Assembly: GCA_963823555.1 (NCBI GenBank)
Contig: CAWGMA010000003.1
Span: forward strand, 256,001-320,000
Reading direction: 5' to 3'
Length of the DNA stretch: 64,000 bases
DNA from: Candidatus Eiseniibacteriota bacterium
GTDB lineage: Bacteria; Eisenbacteria; RBG-16-71-46; CAVPCR01
In this document: positions 8,212-18,057 of the stretch, in pieces
How the letters are laid out: the number at the start of each line of letters is the position of its first letter
How positions within the stretch are numbered: the stretch's first letter is position 1
Position numbers and translations under genes: made by a program
The notes under the pieces: model-generated
What the model saw: the letters and a program-made list of their open reading frames with translations, nothing else
What the model was told of the DNA's origin: nothing
Database searches by the model: none

Positions 8212-10008
8212 ATGGCGTTGCTCAGCCTGAACGACGTGAGCCTCACCTTCGCCGGGCCCGCCGTCCTCAACTCGGTGAATCTCCAGATTGAAGACGGGGA
8301 ACGGCTCGGGCTCCTGGGGCGCAATGGCGCCGGCAAGTCGACCCTCCTCAAGGTTCTCGAGGGCACCCTCGTCCCGGACTCCGGCGAAGTGATCCGCAAG
8401 CCGGGCCTGCGCGTGGCGAGCCTCCCGCAGGACGTGCCCCCGGATCTTGCCGGTACCGTCCGCGAGTACCTGCATGATGTGTGCGGCGCGACCCGGAGCG
8501 ACGCCGCATGGGAGATCGAAACCCGAATCGATCGGGCCGCGCACGACCTGACGCTCGATCTGGACGCCGCCTTCGAGGCGCTTTCCGCCGGGTCCAAGCG
8601 GCGCGTCCTGCTGGCGGCGGCCCTCGTGCGCGATCCAGATCTCCTCATCCTCGACGAGCCGACCAATCATCTCGATATCGACGCCATCCGTCACCTCGAG
8701 GAGGCGCTCAAGCGCAGGCGGGGCACGCTGGTCTTCGTCACCCACGATCGGAGCTTTCTCCGCAACCTCACCACGCGCATCCTCGATCTGGACCGCGGCG
8801 TGATCCGCAGCTATCGCTCCACGTATGACGCCTATCTCGAGAAGCGGGAAGACGAGCTCCGCATCGAGGCGGCGCAAGACGCGCTCTTCGACAAGAAGCT
8901 GGCACAGGAGGAGGCATGGGTGCGGCGCGGAATCAAGGCGCGGCGCACGCGGAATGAGGGTCGGGTGCGGGCCCTCGAGTCCCTGCGCGCCGAGCGCCGG
9001 GCGCGTCGCGACGAGACGGGACGCGTGAAGGCGCAGCTGCAGGAGGCCGAGAGGTCCGGGCGCGTGGTGCTGCGCTGCCGGGATCTCGGGTACGCATTTG
9101 ACAGCGGACCGATCGTTCGCGGATTCACCTGGACCCTGCTGCGCGGCGATCGCGTTGGGATCCTGGGACCGAACGGGTGCGGCAAGACGACGCTGATCAG
9201 CCTGCTCCTCGGCGAGGTGCTACCCGCAGGGGGCACGGTGACCGCGGGCACCAAGCTCGAGGTCGCGCACTTCGAGCAGCTTCACGAAGGCCTCGATGAT
9301 GCCAAGACCGTCCTCGAGAATGTCGCCGAAGGACGCGAGATGATCGCGGTGGGTCGCGGTGAACGCCACGTGGTGGGCTATCTGCGCGACTTCCTCTTCA
9401 CACCGGACCAGATCCAGGGTCCTGTCCTCAAACTGTCCGGCGGCGAGCGAAAGCGGCTTCGCCTGGCGAAGATCCTCGCCCGTCCCTGCAACCTCCTCGT
9501 CCTGGACGAACCAACCAACGATCTCGATCTCGAGACGCTCGAACTGCTCGAAGATCTGCTGCTCGAGTTTCAGGGCACATTGCTCGTCGTCTCACACGAC
9601 CGATCGTTCCTCGACAACGTGGTCACCTCGACCCTCGCCTGGGAGGGCGGCGGCCAGTGGCGCGAGTACATCGGCGGCTACGAAGACTGGCTCCGCCAGC
9701 AGAAGTCCGCCGCGGCTCCGCCCGCCGCCAGGCCGGCCCGGCCGAAACCGGCGCCGGCCACGGCGCCATCGCGGCGCATCGGGTTCAAGGAAAAGCGCGA
9801 GCTGGGGGAGCTGCCGGGGAGAATCGAGAGCCTCGAGGCCGAGAGACGGAACCTCTACACGCTGATGGCGTCACCGGAGTTCTACGCGACGCGAGGAGAC
9901 GAGGTCGCGTCGGCGACGCAGCAGCTGGCCACGGTCGAAGGCGAGATTCAGAAGGCCTATGCGCGGTGGATGGAGCTCGAGACCCTCATGGCCGGCGACG
10001 AGCCGTGA
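8212..10008 (+). CDS. uup: ABC-F family ATPase Uup
   Basis: Two ABC domains (GRNGAGKST, GPNGCGKTT), linker EEAWVRRGIKARRTRNEGRVRAL and a C-terminal coiled coil ending YARWMELE. Confidence 0.93.
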   Translation: MALLSLNDVSLTFAGPAVLNSVNLQIEDGERLGLLGRNGAGKSTLLKVLEGTLVPDSGEVIRKPGLRVASLPQDVPPDLAGTVREYLHDVCGATRSDAAWEIETRIDRAAHDLTLDLDAAFEALSAGSKRRVLLAAALVRDPDLLILDEPTNHLDIDAIRHLEEALKRRRGTLVFVTHDRSFLRNLTTRILDLDRGVIRSYRSTYDAYLEKREDELRIEAAQDALFDKKLAQEEAWVRRGIKARRTRNEGRVRALESLRAERRARRDETGRVKAQLQEAERSGRVVLRCRDLGYAFDSGPIVRGFTWTLLRGDRVGILGPNGCGKTTLISLLLGEVLPAGGTVTAGTKLEVAHFEQLHEGLDDAKTVLENVAEGREMIAVGRGERHVVGYLRDFLFTPDQIQGPVLKLSGGERKRLRLAKILARPCNLLVLDEPTNDLDLETLELLEDLLLEFQGTLLVVSHDRSFLDNVVTSTLAWEGGGQWREYIGGYEDWLRQQKSAAAPPAARPARPKPAPATAPSRRIGFKEKRELGELPGRIESLEAERRNLYTLMASPEFYATRGDEVASATQQLATVEGEIQKAYARWMELETLMAGDEP

Positions 10009-10873
10009 CCCTTCCAGGTTCAGCGGCGAGGATCTCCTCGGCCACGGCGGCCCAGCCGCGCGGGCCCGGCGCCGGGGCGACCGGAGCCCGGGGGAGGCCG
10101 CGTCGGAGGTAGGGATCGGGCTTCCCGTCCGGATGCGGCACGATGACCGGCCGGTCGACGGCGCGGAGGAGGGCGAGATCATGGGGGCCATCGCCCAGCC
10201 CCACCGTCACGAACGGACCGTGAGCGCGGGTGAGCCAGCGCATGACGATGCGCGCCGCGTGCCCCTTGTCGGTGCGCCCGTGCAGGTGGTTCATGATCGC
10301 GCCGCGGGTGATCGCAAGCCCGCGGTCGGCCAGAAGGAGGCGAATGGCCTTCCGGTGCGGGCGCGGATCACGCAGGAAGACGAAGGGTTCATCGAACTCG
10401 CGGCGCCGCGATCGCGTCACCGCTGCGGGCTTGAGCCCGGTCCAGGCCAGCACTTCGCGCCGGGTCATGTCGGTGAAACCGCGGACTCCGCCCGGCATCA
10501 AGCGCTCGATGGCGGCGAGCCCGGCGCGTACCTCGTCGATGCCGGCGGCCAGCGGGACGAGCAGCCCGTCGCGCGTGCGGGAGCCGCGACCCGCCGGGAC
10601 GGGCAGCGTCCCCACCGGGACCACCACGGCGCCCCCGCTTTCGATGATCGCTGGGAGACGGAGGCCGAGCTCCTCGCGGAGAACGCGTACCTCCGCCCGG
10701 GTCTTGCTCGTGCAGAGGATGATCGGGATCCCACTCCGGGCGAGCCGGCGGGCGGCAACGCGCGCCGGGCCGAGGCGATAGGTGCGGGCATCGAGGAGGC
10801 AGCCATCGACATCGGTGATCACGGCCAGGCGTGCCCCGGCGGGGAGCGGACGCAGGAGGCGGGAGTTCCCCAT
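9986..10873 (-). CDS. mpgP: HAD-IIB mannosyl/glucosyl-3-phosphoglycerate phosphatase
   Basis: TDVDGCLLD, CTSKTRAEV, IIESGG, RREFDEPF, DKGHA and GLGDGPHDLALL. Confidence 0.85.
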   Translation of the reverse strand: MGNSRLLRPLPAGARLAVITDVDGCLLDARTYRLGPARVAARRLARSGIPIILCTSKTRAEVRVLREELGLRLPAIIESGGAVVVPVGTLPVPAGRGSRTRDGLLVPLAAGIDEVRAGLAAIERLMPGGVRGFTDMTRREVLAWTGLKPAAVTRSRRREFDEPFVFLRDPRPHRKAIRLLLADRGLAITRGAIMNHLHGRTDKGHAARIVMRWLTRAHGPFVTVGLGDGPHDLALLRAVDRPVIVPHPDGKPDPYLRRGLPRAPVAPAPGPRGWAAVAEEILAAEPGRVTARRRP

Positions 10874-10888
10874 CTCACCCGCTCGTCT

Positions 10889-12142
10889 TTAGACCGAGGG
10901 GATGAGAGTGTCCCAGTGCTCGAGGCGCTGGATGAGATAGGGCTTCTCGTGCTCGAAGATCTCGGCCTGCCGCTCGACGATCTCATCGGCCTCGGCCGTC
11001 GTCATGTCCGCGGTCTCGATCATGTAGGAGGCGATGCGGCCGTAGTAGATGGGCGTCATCGTCTCGATGAGCTTGTAGCGGTCGCGCGACCAGCGCAAGT
11101 AGCTGTAGGCGAAGTCGTACACCATGTGGGACCAGGTCTGCGCATCGAAGGACGCCTCCGGCGCCTGATGGGAAGCGAGCTCGGCCAGGCGGTCGTAGGT
11201 CTCGGGGGCGAGGATCTCGCGCCACAGTGGGCTGAAGTGCTCGAAGCCAGCCCGGAAGTTGGTGTGCATGCGATCGATGGCCGGCGTGATCGGCGGCGGC
11301 TCGACCTCGGCGGGAGTGCCGAGGAGCGGGATCGGCTCCGAGCCCTGGACCCGCCGCCAGGTGGTCTCGTAGCGCGGCATCATGCCGAACAGCGTGCCGA
11401 CCACCTGCCGGAACATGGGCCCGAGGTGCAGCGCCGGGTCCTTGGGGTCATGGATCTTGGCGCCGAGGTGCGCCTCGCAGACGCGGAAGCCCTCGTTGAT
11501 GGCGACCGTGGTCATCCAGATGTCGACGCCGAACTTGGCGACATCGGAATCCCAGACATCGGCATGGGTGAAGAACTCGATCATCGGCCGCGAGAAGGCG
11601 AAATCGCCGCCGATCGGTTGCCGCACGCGTTTGCCGTAGAGCGCACGGGTCATGGCATAGGCGATGTGATTGGTGATCGTGCCGTCGTACTTGTGCCGGA
11701 TGTAATAGGGGCTCGCAAAGTCATACCCCTGGTTGAGCACCGGTTCGATGAGCGCCGGCACCCATTCCGGGGTAATGCTGCGGAGATCCGAGTCGAAGAC
11801 GGCGCAGGCCTTGACCCCCAGCCGCTCGCCGGCCTGGAACACGGCCCTGAGTGCCGTGCCCTTGCCGCCGATGCCGCGGTAGATGGCGACGATCTTGGGG
11901 ACCTTCGGCGACTTGGTCTTCTGGGCGAGCTCGCGCGTGTAATCGAGAGATCCGCCGTCGGAGACGTAGAGCACGCAGCGGCGATCCGGGTAATAGCGCT
12001 CGAGCCCGGCATAGACCGCGCTCATCACCGTGACAATGGACTCTTCGCTGTTGTAGGCGGGGATGCCGACGAGGAGGTCCGCAGCGCCGATCTCGGCGAT
12101 CTTGCTCAGGACGTACTCACGCAGGGCGGTATCGAACTTCAT
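10889..12142 (-). CDS. Glucosylglycerate synthase-like GT-A glycosyltransferase (Ggs/Mgs family)
   Basis: LVGIPAYN, SDGGSLD, GKGTAL, FDSDLRSITPEW, RHKYDGTITN, RQPIGGDF, FGVDIWMT and KIHDPKDP. Confidence 0.82.
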   Translation of the reverse strand: MKFDTALREYVLSKIAEIGAADLLVGIPAYNSEESIVTVMSAVYAGLERYYPDRRCVLYVSDGGSLDYTRELAQKTKSPKVPKIVAIYRGIGGKGTALRAVFQAGERLGVKACAVFDSDLRSITPEWVPALIEPVLNQGYDFASPYYIRHKYDGTITNHIAYAMTRALYGKRVRQPIGGDFAFSRPMIEFFTHADVWDSDVAKFGVDIWMTTVAINEGFRVCEAHLGAKIHDPKDPALHLGPMFRQVVGTLFGMMPRYETTWRRVQGSEPIPLLGTPAEVEPPPITPAIDRMHTNFRAGFEHFSPLWREILAPETYDRLAELASHQAPEASFDAQTWSHMVYDFAYSYLRWSRDRYKLIETMTPIYYGRIASYMIETADMTTAEADEIVERQAEIFEHEKPYLIQRLEHWDTLIPSV

Positions 12143-12254
12143 GGCGATGATCTCTCTCTGACGACATGATGAGTGTCATACGCTAACATGACCTTACCTG
12201 CCACGAAGCCTGCGGTCAATCGCCGGGGATCGGGAGCCGAGGAGGGGGCTCGAG

Positions 12255-13631
12255 ATGATGTCGCCTCATGCCGGTGCGGTAGAAGATTCCAGAGCCGCCG
12301 CCCGCGTGATCTGGGAGGCGGCGCTCGCGGCTGTGCAGCCGCATCGCCTCGTCGAGCGCGCGCTCGCCGTCGACAACGAGGCGATCGTCGTGGGCGGGAA
12401 GCGCGAGCCGCTCGTCCCGGGCGGCCGCCTTCGCCTGCTTGCGCTCGGCAAGGCGGCGCCGGCGCTGGCCCAGGCGGTCGCAACACGTCTCGATGATCGC
12501 CACGCGGACGGACTCGTCATCACCAAGGAAGGGCATGCGCGTGGTCCCATGCCGCCGCGTGTGGAAGTGGTCGAGGCGGGGCATCCGCTCCCCGATGCGC
12601 GCAGCGTTCGCGCCGGCGCGCGCGTGATCGAGTTCCTCGGCGGCGGGCGGGCTGATGATCTCGTTCTCGTTCTCGTCACCGGTGGGGCCTCCGCGCTCGT
12701 CTGCGTGCCGCGTCCGCCGCTCACGCTGGATGCGATCGAGGCGGTGACGGCGCTCCTGCTCCGGAGCGGAGCCGATATCGACGAGCTCAACACGGTGCGG
12801 AAGCACATGGACCTGGTGAAGGGTGGGGGGCTCCTCCGGATGGCGGCGCCGGCCCGCGTCGTGGCGCTCCTGATCTCGGATGTGATCGGCGACTCGCCGG
12901 CGACGATCGGGAGCGGGGTCGCTGCCGCCGATCCGACGACGTTTGCCGCCGCGCTCGCCATTCTCGATCGTCGCGCCGGCGGGGCGCCCGCCGCGGTGCG
13001 GGATCTCTTCGCGCGCGGCGCGCGCGGCGAGGAAGCCGAGACCCTCAAGCCGGCGGATGCGCTGGCATCCCGCGCTCGGAGCCACATTCTCGGCAGCGGC
13101 GCCATGGCCGCCGAGGCGGCGGCGGAGAAGGCGGCGGAGCTCGGGTTCCGATCGCTCGTCCTCTCGACCGAGGTCGCCGGCGAAGCGCGGGAGGTGGGAC
13201 GGATGATGGCGGCCCAGGCGCGCGCGATCCGTGGCGCCGGCGATCCAGCGCCGCCCGTCGCGCTCATCTGGGCGGGCGAGACCACGGTCACCGTGCGCGG
13301 CGCGGGGCGCGGTGGGCGGAACCAGGAACTCGCGCTCGCGGCCGCCATGGTCCTCGACGGGGTGCGGGATATCTGCCTCGCCGCGCTCGGCACCGACGGC
13401 ACCGATGGGCCGACCGACGCCGCCGGCGCGCTCGTCGATGGATCGACGGCTCGCGCCGCCCGGGAGGCAGGTCTCGACCTCGCCGCCGCGCTCGAGCGCA
13501 ACGACTCCTATCCCACGCTCGATGCACTCCACTGTCTGATCCGCACCGGGCCCACCGGGACTCACGTCAACGATCTCGGCCTCGCCCTGATCGGGGCCGG
13601 CGGGACCGGGGCCGGTGCCGGGGCGGGCTAG
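12255..13631 (+). CDS. Glycerate kinase type 2 (MOFRL/DUF4147, TtuD/GckA-like)
   Basis: LGKAA, AGHPLPD, TGGASAL, VKGGGL, ISDVIGD, GETTV, GGRNQE, GTDGTDGP and TGPTGTHVND. Confidence 0.92.
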   Translation: MMSPHAGAVEDSRAAARVIWEAALAAVQPHRLVERALAVDNEAIVVGGKREPLVPGGRLRLLALGKAAPALAQAVATRLDDRHADGLVITKEGHARGPMPPRVEVVEAGHPLPDARSVRAGARVIEFLGGGRADDLVLVLVTGGASALVCVPRPPLTLDAIEAVTALLLRSGADIDELNTVRKHMDLVKGGGLLRMAAPARVVALLISDVIGDSPATIGSGVAAADPTTFAAALAILDRRAGGAPAAVRDLFARGARGEEAETLKPADALASRARSHILGSGAMAAEAAAEKAAELGFRSLVLSTEVAGEAREVGRMMAAQARAIRGAGDPAPPVALIWAGETTVTVRGAGRGGRNQELALAAAMVLDGVRDICLAALGTDGTDGPTDAAGALVDGSTARAAREAGLDLAAALERNDSYPTLDALHCLIRTGPTGTHVNDLGLALIGAGGTGAGAGAG

Positions 13632-13718
13632 CGCCCGCAGCGCGCGAAACTCGTCTATGCTCTCGCTCGCTGGCCGGGCCGGCGTCCCTCGCCGCCCCGA
13701 TGGATACCGAGGGCCCTG

Positions 13719-15695
13719 ATGCTCGCTCCCTTTCTCCGCGATCTCGCCGTTCTCCTCGCCCTGGGCGTGGTCGTGGTGCTCCTCTTCCATCGCCTGCGCC
13801 TGCCGGCGATCGTCGGCTTCCTCCTTGCCGGCGTCCTCGCCGGTCCTCATGGGCTCGGGCTCATCCGGCACGCCGAGCAGGTGGAGAGCCTCGCCGAGGT
13901 CGGGGTCATCGTCCTCATGTTCACGATCGGGCTCGAGTTCTCCCTGGGCGAGCTCCGGCGTCTGCGCTCGATCGCGCTCACCGCGGGGACCGTGCAGGTG
14001 GGGGTGACCATCGCGCTCACCGCCGCCGCCGCGATGTCGTTCCTCGGCATGACGCTCCGCGAAGGGATCTTCGCCGGCATGCTGGTCGCTCTCAGCTCGA
14101 CCGCCATCGTCTTGAAGCTCCTTAGCGATCGTGGCGAGATCGACGCCCCGCACGGGCGCATCGCCGTCGCCATCCTCATCTTCCAGGATCTGTGCGTGGT
14201 CCCGATGATGCTCGTGACCCCGCTCCTGGCCGGCGGGAAGACCGAGGTGACGCGGCTCCTCCTGGTTCTCGGGCAGGCGGTGCTCGTCATCTTCTTCACC
14301 GTGGTCCTCTCCCGGCGGGTCGTGCCCCGACTGCTCGCGGTCGCGGCCAACACCCGGAGCCGGGAGGTCTTCGTCCTTTCCGTCATCCTCGTCTGCATCG
14401 GCACGGCCTGGATCTCTCAGCGCATCGGTCTCTCGCTCGCTCTCGGCGCCTTCATCGCCGGGCTCGTGATCTCGGAATCCGAGTACAGCCACCAGGCCCT
14501 GAGCGATGTGCTGCCATTCCGTGACACGCTGGCGAGCGTCTTCTTCCTCTCCGCCGGCATGTTGCTCAACCTGCGTGTGATCGCCGCCGCTCCCCTCTTC
14601 ATGTTGATCTTCGTCCTCGCGGTGGTGCTGCTCAAGGCGATCGTGACCGGGTTCGCGGTATTCCTTCTCCTGCGCTATCCGCAGCGCGTGGGGCTCGTCG
14701 CGAGCCTGGGGCTGGCCCAGGTCGGGGAGTTCTCCTTCGTCCTCGCCGCCGTCGGATTCGGCTATGGACTCACTCCCGAGCATCTCCGGCAGCCGATCCT
14801 GGCCTCGGCGGTCCTCAGCATGATGGCGACACCCTTCCTCCTGAGCGGCGGGGTGAAGCTGGCCGGGCTGTTCGCCCGCCGCCATGCCGAGGGCGATGGG
14901 TCCGCCGACGCCAGGGTCCGGGCGCATTCCCCGGACGAGCTCCAGGATCACACGATCATCATCGGCTTCGGGCTCAACGGCCGGAACCTGGCCCATGTGC
15001 TCGAGGAGGCGGACATCCGCTATGTCGTCGTCGAGATGAATGCGCAGACGGTAGCCGCCGAGCGCCAGCGCGACGTGCCGATCGTGTACGGAGATGCCTG
15101 CCAGGCCTCGGTCCTCGAGGGCATCAACGTGCGCCAGGCGAGAGTGATCGTGATCGCGATCTCGGACCCGGCGGCGACTCGCCGCATCACCGAGCTGGCA
15201 CGGCGCCTGAATCCGCAGGCGGACGTCATCGTTCGCACGCGCTACTTCCAGGAGGTGGAGCCGCTCGCGGTGGCCGGGGCCAGCGAGGTGGTGCCGGAGG
15301 AGTTCGAGACCTCGATCGAGATCTTCTCGCGCGTCCTACGCCACTACATGGTGCCGGGGGATGTCATCGAGGAGCTGAGCAGCGCCATCCGGCAGGATGC
15401 CTACGTCATGCTCCGCTATCGCGATCTGCCGGGCGTGAGCCTCATCGGCAACCTGGCGGGGATCAAGACCGAGATCGTGCGCGTCGAGCGCGAGTCCCCG
15501 GTGGCGGGAATGACGCTCGCCGAGAGCCAGATCCGGAGCCGCACCGGGGCTGCGGTGGCCGCCGTCAAGCGCGGCGCCGAGGCGATCTCGAACCCGCCGC
15601 CCGACACGCGGCTCGAGGTGGGCGATGTCGTTCTGCTCCTCGGCACCAAGGATCAGGTCGCGGCCGGCGAGGCGCTCCTGCGCGGAGTGACCTGA
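13719..15695 (+). CDS. CPA2 cation:proton antiporter (Kef-like) with TrkA-N and TrkA-C domains
   Basis: GLEFS, LSSTAIVLK, ILIFQD and GEFSFVL in the membrane part; GFGLNG (RCK-N) and C-terminal NPPPDTRLEVGD (RCK-C). Confidence 0.92.
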   Translation: MLAPFLRDLAVLLALGVVVVLLFHRLRLPAIVGFLLAGVLAGPHGLGLIRHAEQVESLAEVGVIVLMFTIGLEFSLGELRRLRSIALTAGTVQVGVTIALTAAAAMSFLGMTLREGIFAGMLVALSSTAIVLKLLSDRGEIDAPHGRIAVAILIFQDLCVVPMMLVTPLLAGGKTEVTRLLLVLGQAVLVIFFTVVLSRRVVPRLLAVAANTRSREVFVLSVILVCIGTAWISQRIGLSLALGAFIAGLVISESEYSHQALSDVLPFRDTLASVFFLSAGMLLNLRVIAAAPLFMLIFVLAVVLLKAIVTGFAVFLLLRYPQRVGLVASLGLAQVGEFSFVLAAVGFGYGLTPEHLRQPILASAVLSMMATPFLLSGGVKLAGLFARRHAEGDGSADARVRAHSPDELQDHTIIIGFGLNGRNLAHVLEEADIRYVVVEMNAQTVAAERQRDVPIVYGDACQASVLEGINVRQARVIVIAISDPAATRRITELARRLNPQADVIVRTRYFQEVEPLAVAGASEVVPEEFETSIEIFSRVLRHYMVPGDVIEELSSAIRQDAYVMLRYRDLPGVSLIGNLAGIKTEIVRVERESPVAGMTLAESQIRSRTGAAVAAVKRGAEAISNPPPDTRLEVGDVVLLLGTKDQVAAGEALLRGVT

Positions 15696-16628
15696 TTACT
15701 GCGGCTCGCCGGATCCGGAATGCATCTCCGCTCCCGGATGCGCCGCCTGGACCGCTTCGGCGAGCCGGGTGCCGGCGAGCATCGCCGCGATGCGCCCGAA
15801 TCCCGGGAGGCAGGCTTCGAGGTGGTTTCGCTCGCACTCGAAGACGACGGCGCGCAGGTTGGGGGTGCGCGGTACCACATGCTCGAAGATCTGCCAGGTG
15901 TCGGGGAGGACGTCGACATTGTGGTCGTCCTCGAGGAAGCGGAAGCCGGCGACCTCGCTCTCGCTGGCGCCGGCCACGTGGAGCTCGGTCACGCGCTCCA
16001 GGGGAAAGCCGTCGAGGGCGGTGAGCGGCGGGTGACCCTTGGCGCGCTGATAGATGGCGAGATGGGCGCAGTCGAGGAGCATCCCGGTGTCGGCGAGGTC
16101 GATGACGCGCGCAAAGTAGTCGAGCAGGTGCAGATCACCGAGGTAGACCATGCCCGAGGGATTCTCCGGTAGCACCTCGAGGCCCGAGGCGTTACGCAGG
16201 CGCACGATCCCCGCCGCCGCGGCCCGCGCCGAATCCTCCGACAGCACGGGCGGCAGGAGCAGCATGTGTCCGCGCTCGCGCGAGCCGGAGTGCCAGAGCC
16301 CGGCATCTCCGCACATCCAGGACGGGCGGATCCAGGCAGCGATCGCCCGCACCTCGGCGATCCAGGCGTCGTCGAAATCCTCCGGCTCGTCGAGGTTGAC
16401 GTCCAGGAGGCGGTAGGTCGTGGGCCAGCCGCGTTCGACCCAGGCGCTGGCGTGACGATCGAGCCCCTTCGCGACCTCGATGCCGATCTCGAGGAAGCGC
16501 GCGTAGGCAGGATACCGCTCGCGGAGCGCAATCGGGTCGAGGGCGCTTGCGGTGTCGCCGGCCCCGTATTCCGTCGACACCCCGAGTCCGAGCCGCGGCA
16601 GCCGGCTTACTTGGGACAGGAAACTCAT
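15696..16628 (-). CDS. DUF692 family multinuclear non-heme iron oxidative enzyme (MNIO)
   Basis: LGLGVS, LLLPP, PENP, LLDCAH, ELHVAG, DDH and FECER. The start at ATG 16628 follows GGAG. Confidence 0.8.
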   Translation of the reverse strand: MSFLSQVSRLPRLGLGVSTEYGAGDTASALDPIALRERYPAYARFLEIGIEVAKGLDRHASAWVERGWPTTYRLLDVNLDEPEDFDDAWIAEVRAIAAWIRPSWMCGDAGLWHSGSRERGHMLLLPPVLSEDSARAAAAGIVRLRNASGLEVLPENPSGMVYLGDLHLLDYFARVIDLADTGMLLDCAHLAIYQRAKGHPPLTALDGFPLERVTELHVAGASESEVAGFRFLEDDHNVDVLPDTWQIFEHVVPRTPNLRAVVFECERNHLEACLPGFGRIAAMLAGTRLAEAVQAAHPGAEMHSGSGEPQ

Positions 16629-16753
16629 GGCCGTCTCCGATCCTCGCGGATCAAGGGATTGTCGCACGGGCGGCGGATCCTCGCCACCCGCCGCCGGCTC
16701 CTGCCCATGGTATGCTCGGCCGCGGACGTCTCCCCGCGGTGCTGCGAGCCGTC

Positions 16754-18019
16754 ATGCCGTATCCCATCGATTCCATCGTCATCGGGCTCATCCAGGCGCT
16801 TGCCATCGGCTTCCTGATCGGCGCCGAGCGCGAGAGCCGGGGCATGGACGCCGCACGGGCCGCTGCCCCCGGGCTCCGCGATTTCATCTTCATCGCCATC
16901 TCCGGCAGCGTCGCCGGTTTCCTCGAGTCGGTGCCCATCACCGCCATCTCGTTCGCCGCCATGGTCGTGATCATCGCGGTTCGTCGCATCAAGGATCGCA
17001 CCGAGCACGGGATCACGACCGAGCTCGCCGCGCTCCTGACCTTCTGGCTCGGGTTCATGACGCAGCAGTCCGATCTCGGCCTCCTCGCCCTGGGCGTGGC
17101 CGTCGGCGTCACCATCATCTTGATGGTGAAGGCTCCGGTCACCCATCTCGTGCGCGATGTCATCTCCAAGGTCGAGTTCTACGACACGGTCAAGTTCCTG
17201 GCCATCGTCTTCATCGTCTATCCCCTGCTGCCGGAAGGCGAGTACGGCCCCTACGGCTTCTTCGCGCCGCGGACCATCTGGAAGTTCGTGATCCTGGTGT
17301 CTTCCGTCTCCTATGTCGGGTACTTCCTCACCCGATTCCTGGGCGGGTCCCGGGGCCTCCTCCTGACCGGGATCATGGGTGCGGTCGCCTCCACCACGGC
17401 CACCACCACGGCTTTCGCCGAGGGCGCGCGCGAGGAGCCCGAGCGCTGGCGGGAATACGCCTGGGCCGCGATCATCTCGAACGCCGTCCAGTTTCCGCGC
17501 GTGGCGGTGATCATCTACGCCATGAACCAGGAGATGGCCCTCCGCGCCCTGAGGCCGCTCATGGCGATGTTCGCCGCTGGCCTCGTGATCGGCTGGTGGG
17601 TGGCGCGCCGGGTGCGGCGGACGGGCCCCGAGGGGGCAGCCGGGGCACGCCCCATCCTGCGCAACCCGTTCTCGCTCCGGCCTGCCCTCCAGTTCGGCCT
17701 CATCTTCACCGTGATCCTCTTCATCTCGAAGGTCGCGGCCGCCCGCTTCGGTGCCAGCGGCGCGTTGACCTCGAGCCTGGTCGCCGGACTCATCGACGTC
17801 GATGCCATCTCGATCTCGCTCGCCAATCTGGTCAAGCAAGGTCAACTGGGAATGGCGGCGGGTCTCCTGTCGGTGCTCGCCGCCCTTCTCGCCAACGCCG
17901 TCTTCAAGACCGGCTTCGGCTTTGCCGCCGGCGGGACACGATTCGGCAGAACCCTCCTCCTGGCGTTCCTCGGCATGTTCGCCGTCGGCCTCGGAGTCAT
18001 CGTCCTCGTTGCAGCGTGA
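16754..18019 (+). CDS. MgtC/SapB + DUF4010 membrane protein
   Basis: GFLIGAERE, PGLRDF, HGITTE, YPLLP, SYVGY, ASTTATT, NPFSLRPALQFG and GLIDVDAI. Confidence 0.88.
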   Translation: MPYPIDSIVIGLIQALAIGFLIGAERESRGMDAARAAAPGLRDFIFIAISGSVAGFLESVPITAISFAAMVVIIAVRRIKDRTEHGITTELAALLTFWLGFMTQQSDLGLLALGVAVGVTIILMVKAPVTHLVRDVISKVEFYDTVKFLAIVFIVYPLLPEGEYGPYGFFAPRTIWKFVILVSSVSYVGYFLTRFLGGSRGLLLTGIMGAVASTTATTTAFAEGAREEPERWREYAWAAIISNAVQFPRVAVIIYAMNQEMALRALRPLMAMFAAGLVIGWWVARRVRRTGPEGAAGARPILRNPFSLRPALQFGLIFTVILFISKVAAARFGASGALTSSLVAGLIDVDAISISLANLVKQGQLGMAAGLLSVLAALLANAVFKTGFGFAAGGTRFGRTLLLAFLGMFAVGLGVIVLVAA

Positions 18020-18057
18020 GCGACGCCGGGCGCGAACCGGTGTATGATGCCAGGGCG

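Noticed and set aside
16552..18057. Apparent 500-aa N-terminal extension of the M16 peptidase
   Set aside because: It is an Arg/Pro-rich alternative frame over the MgtC/DUF4010 gene; the signal peptide begins at ATG 18058.
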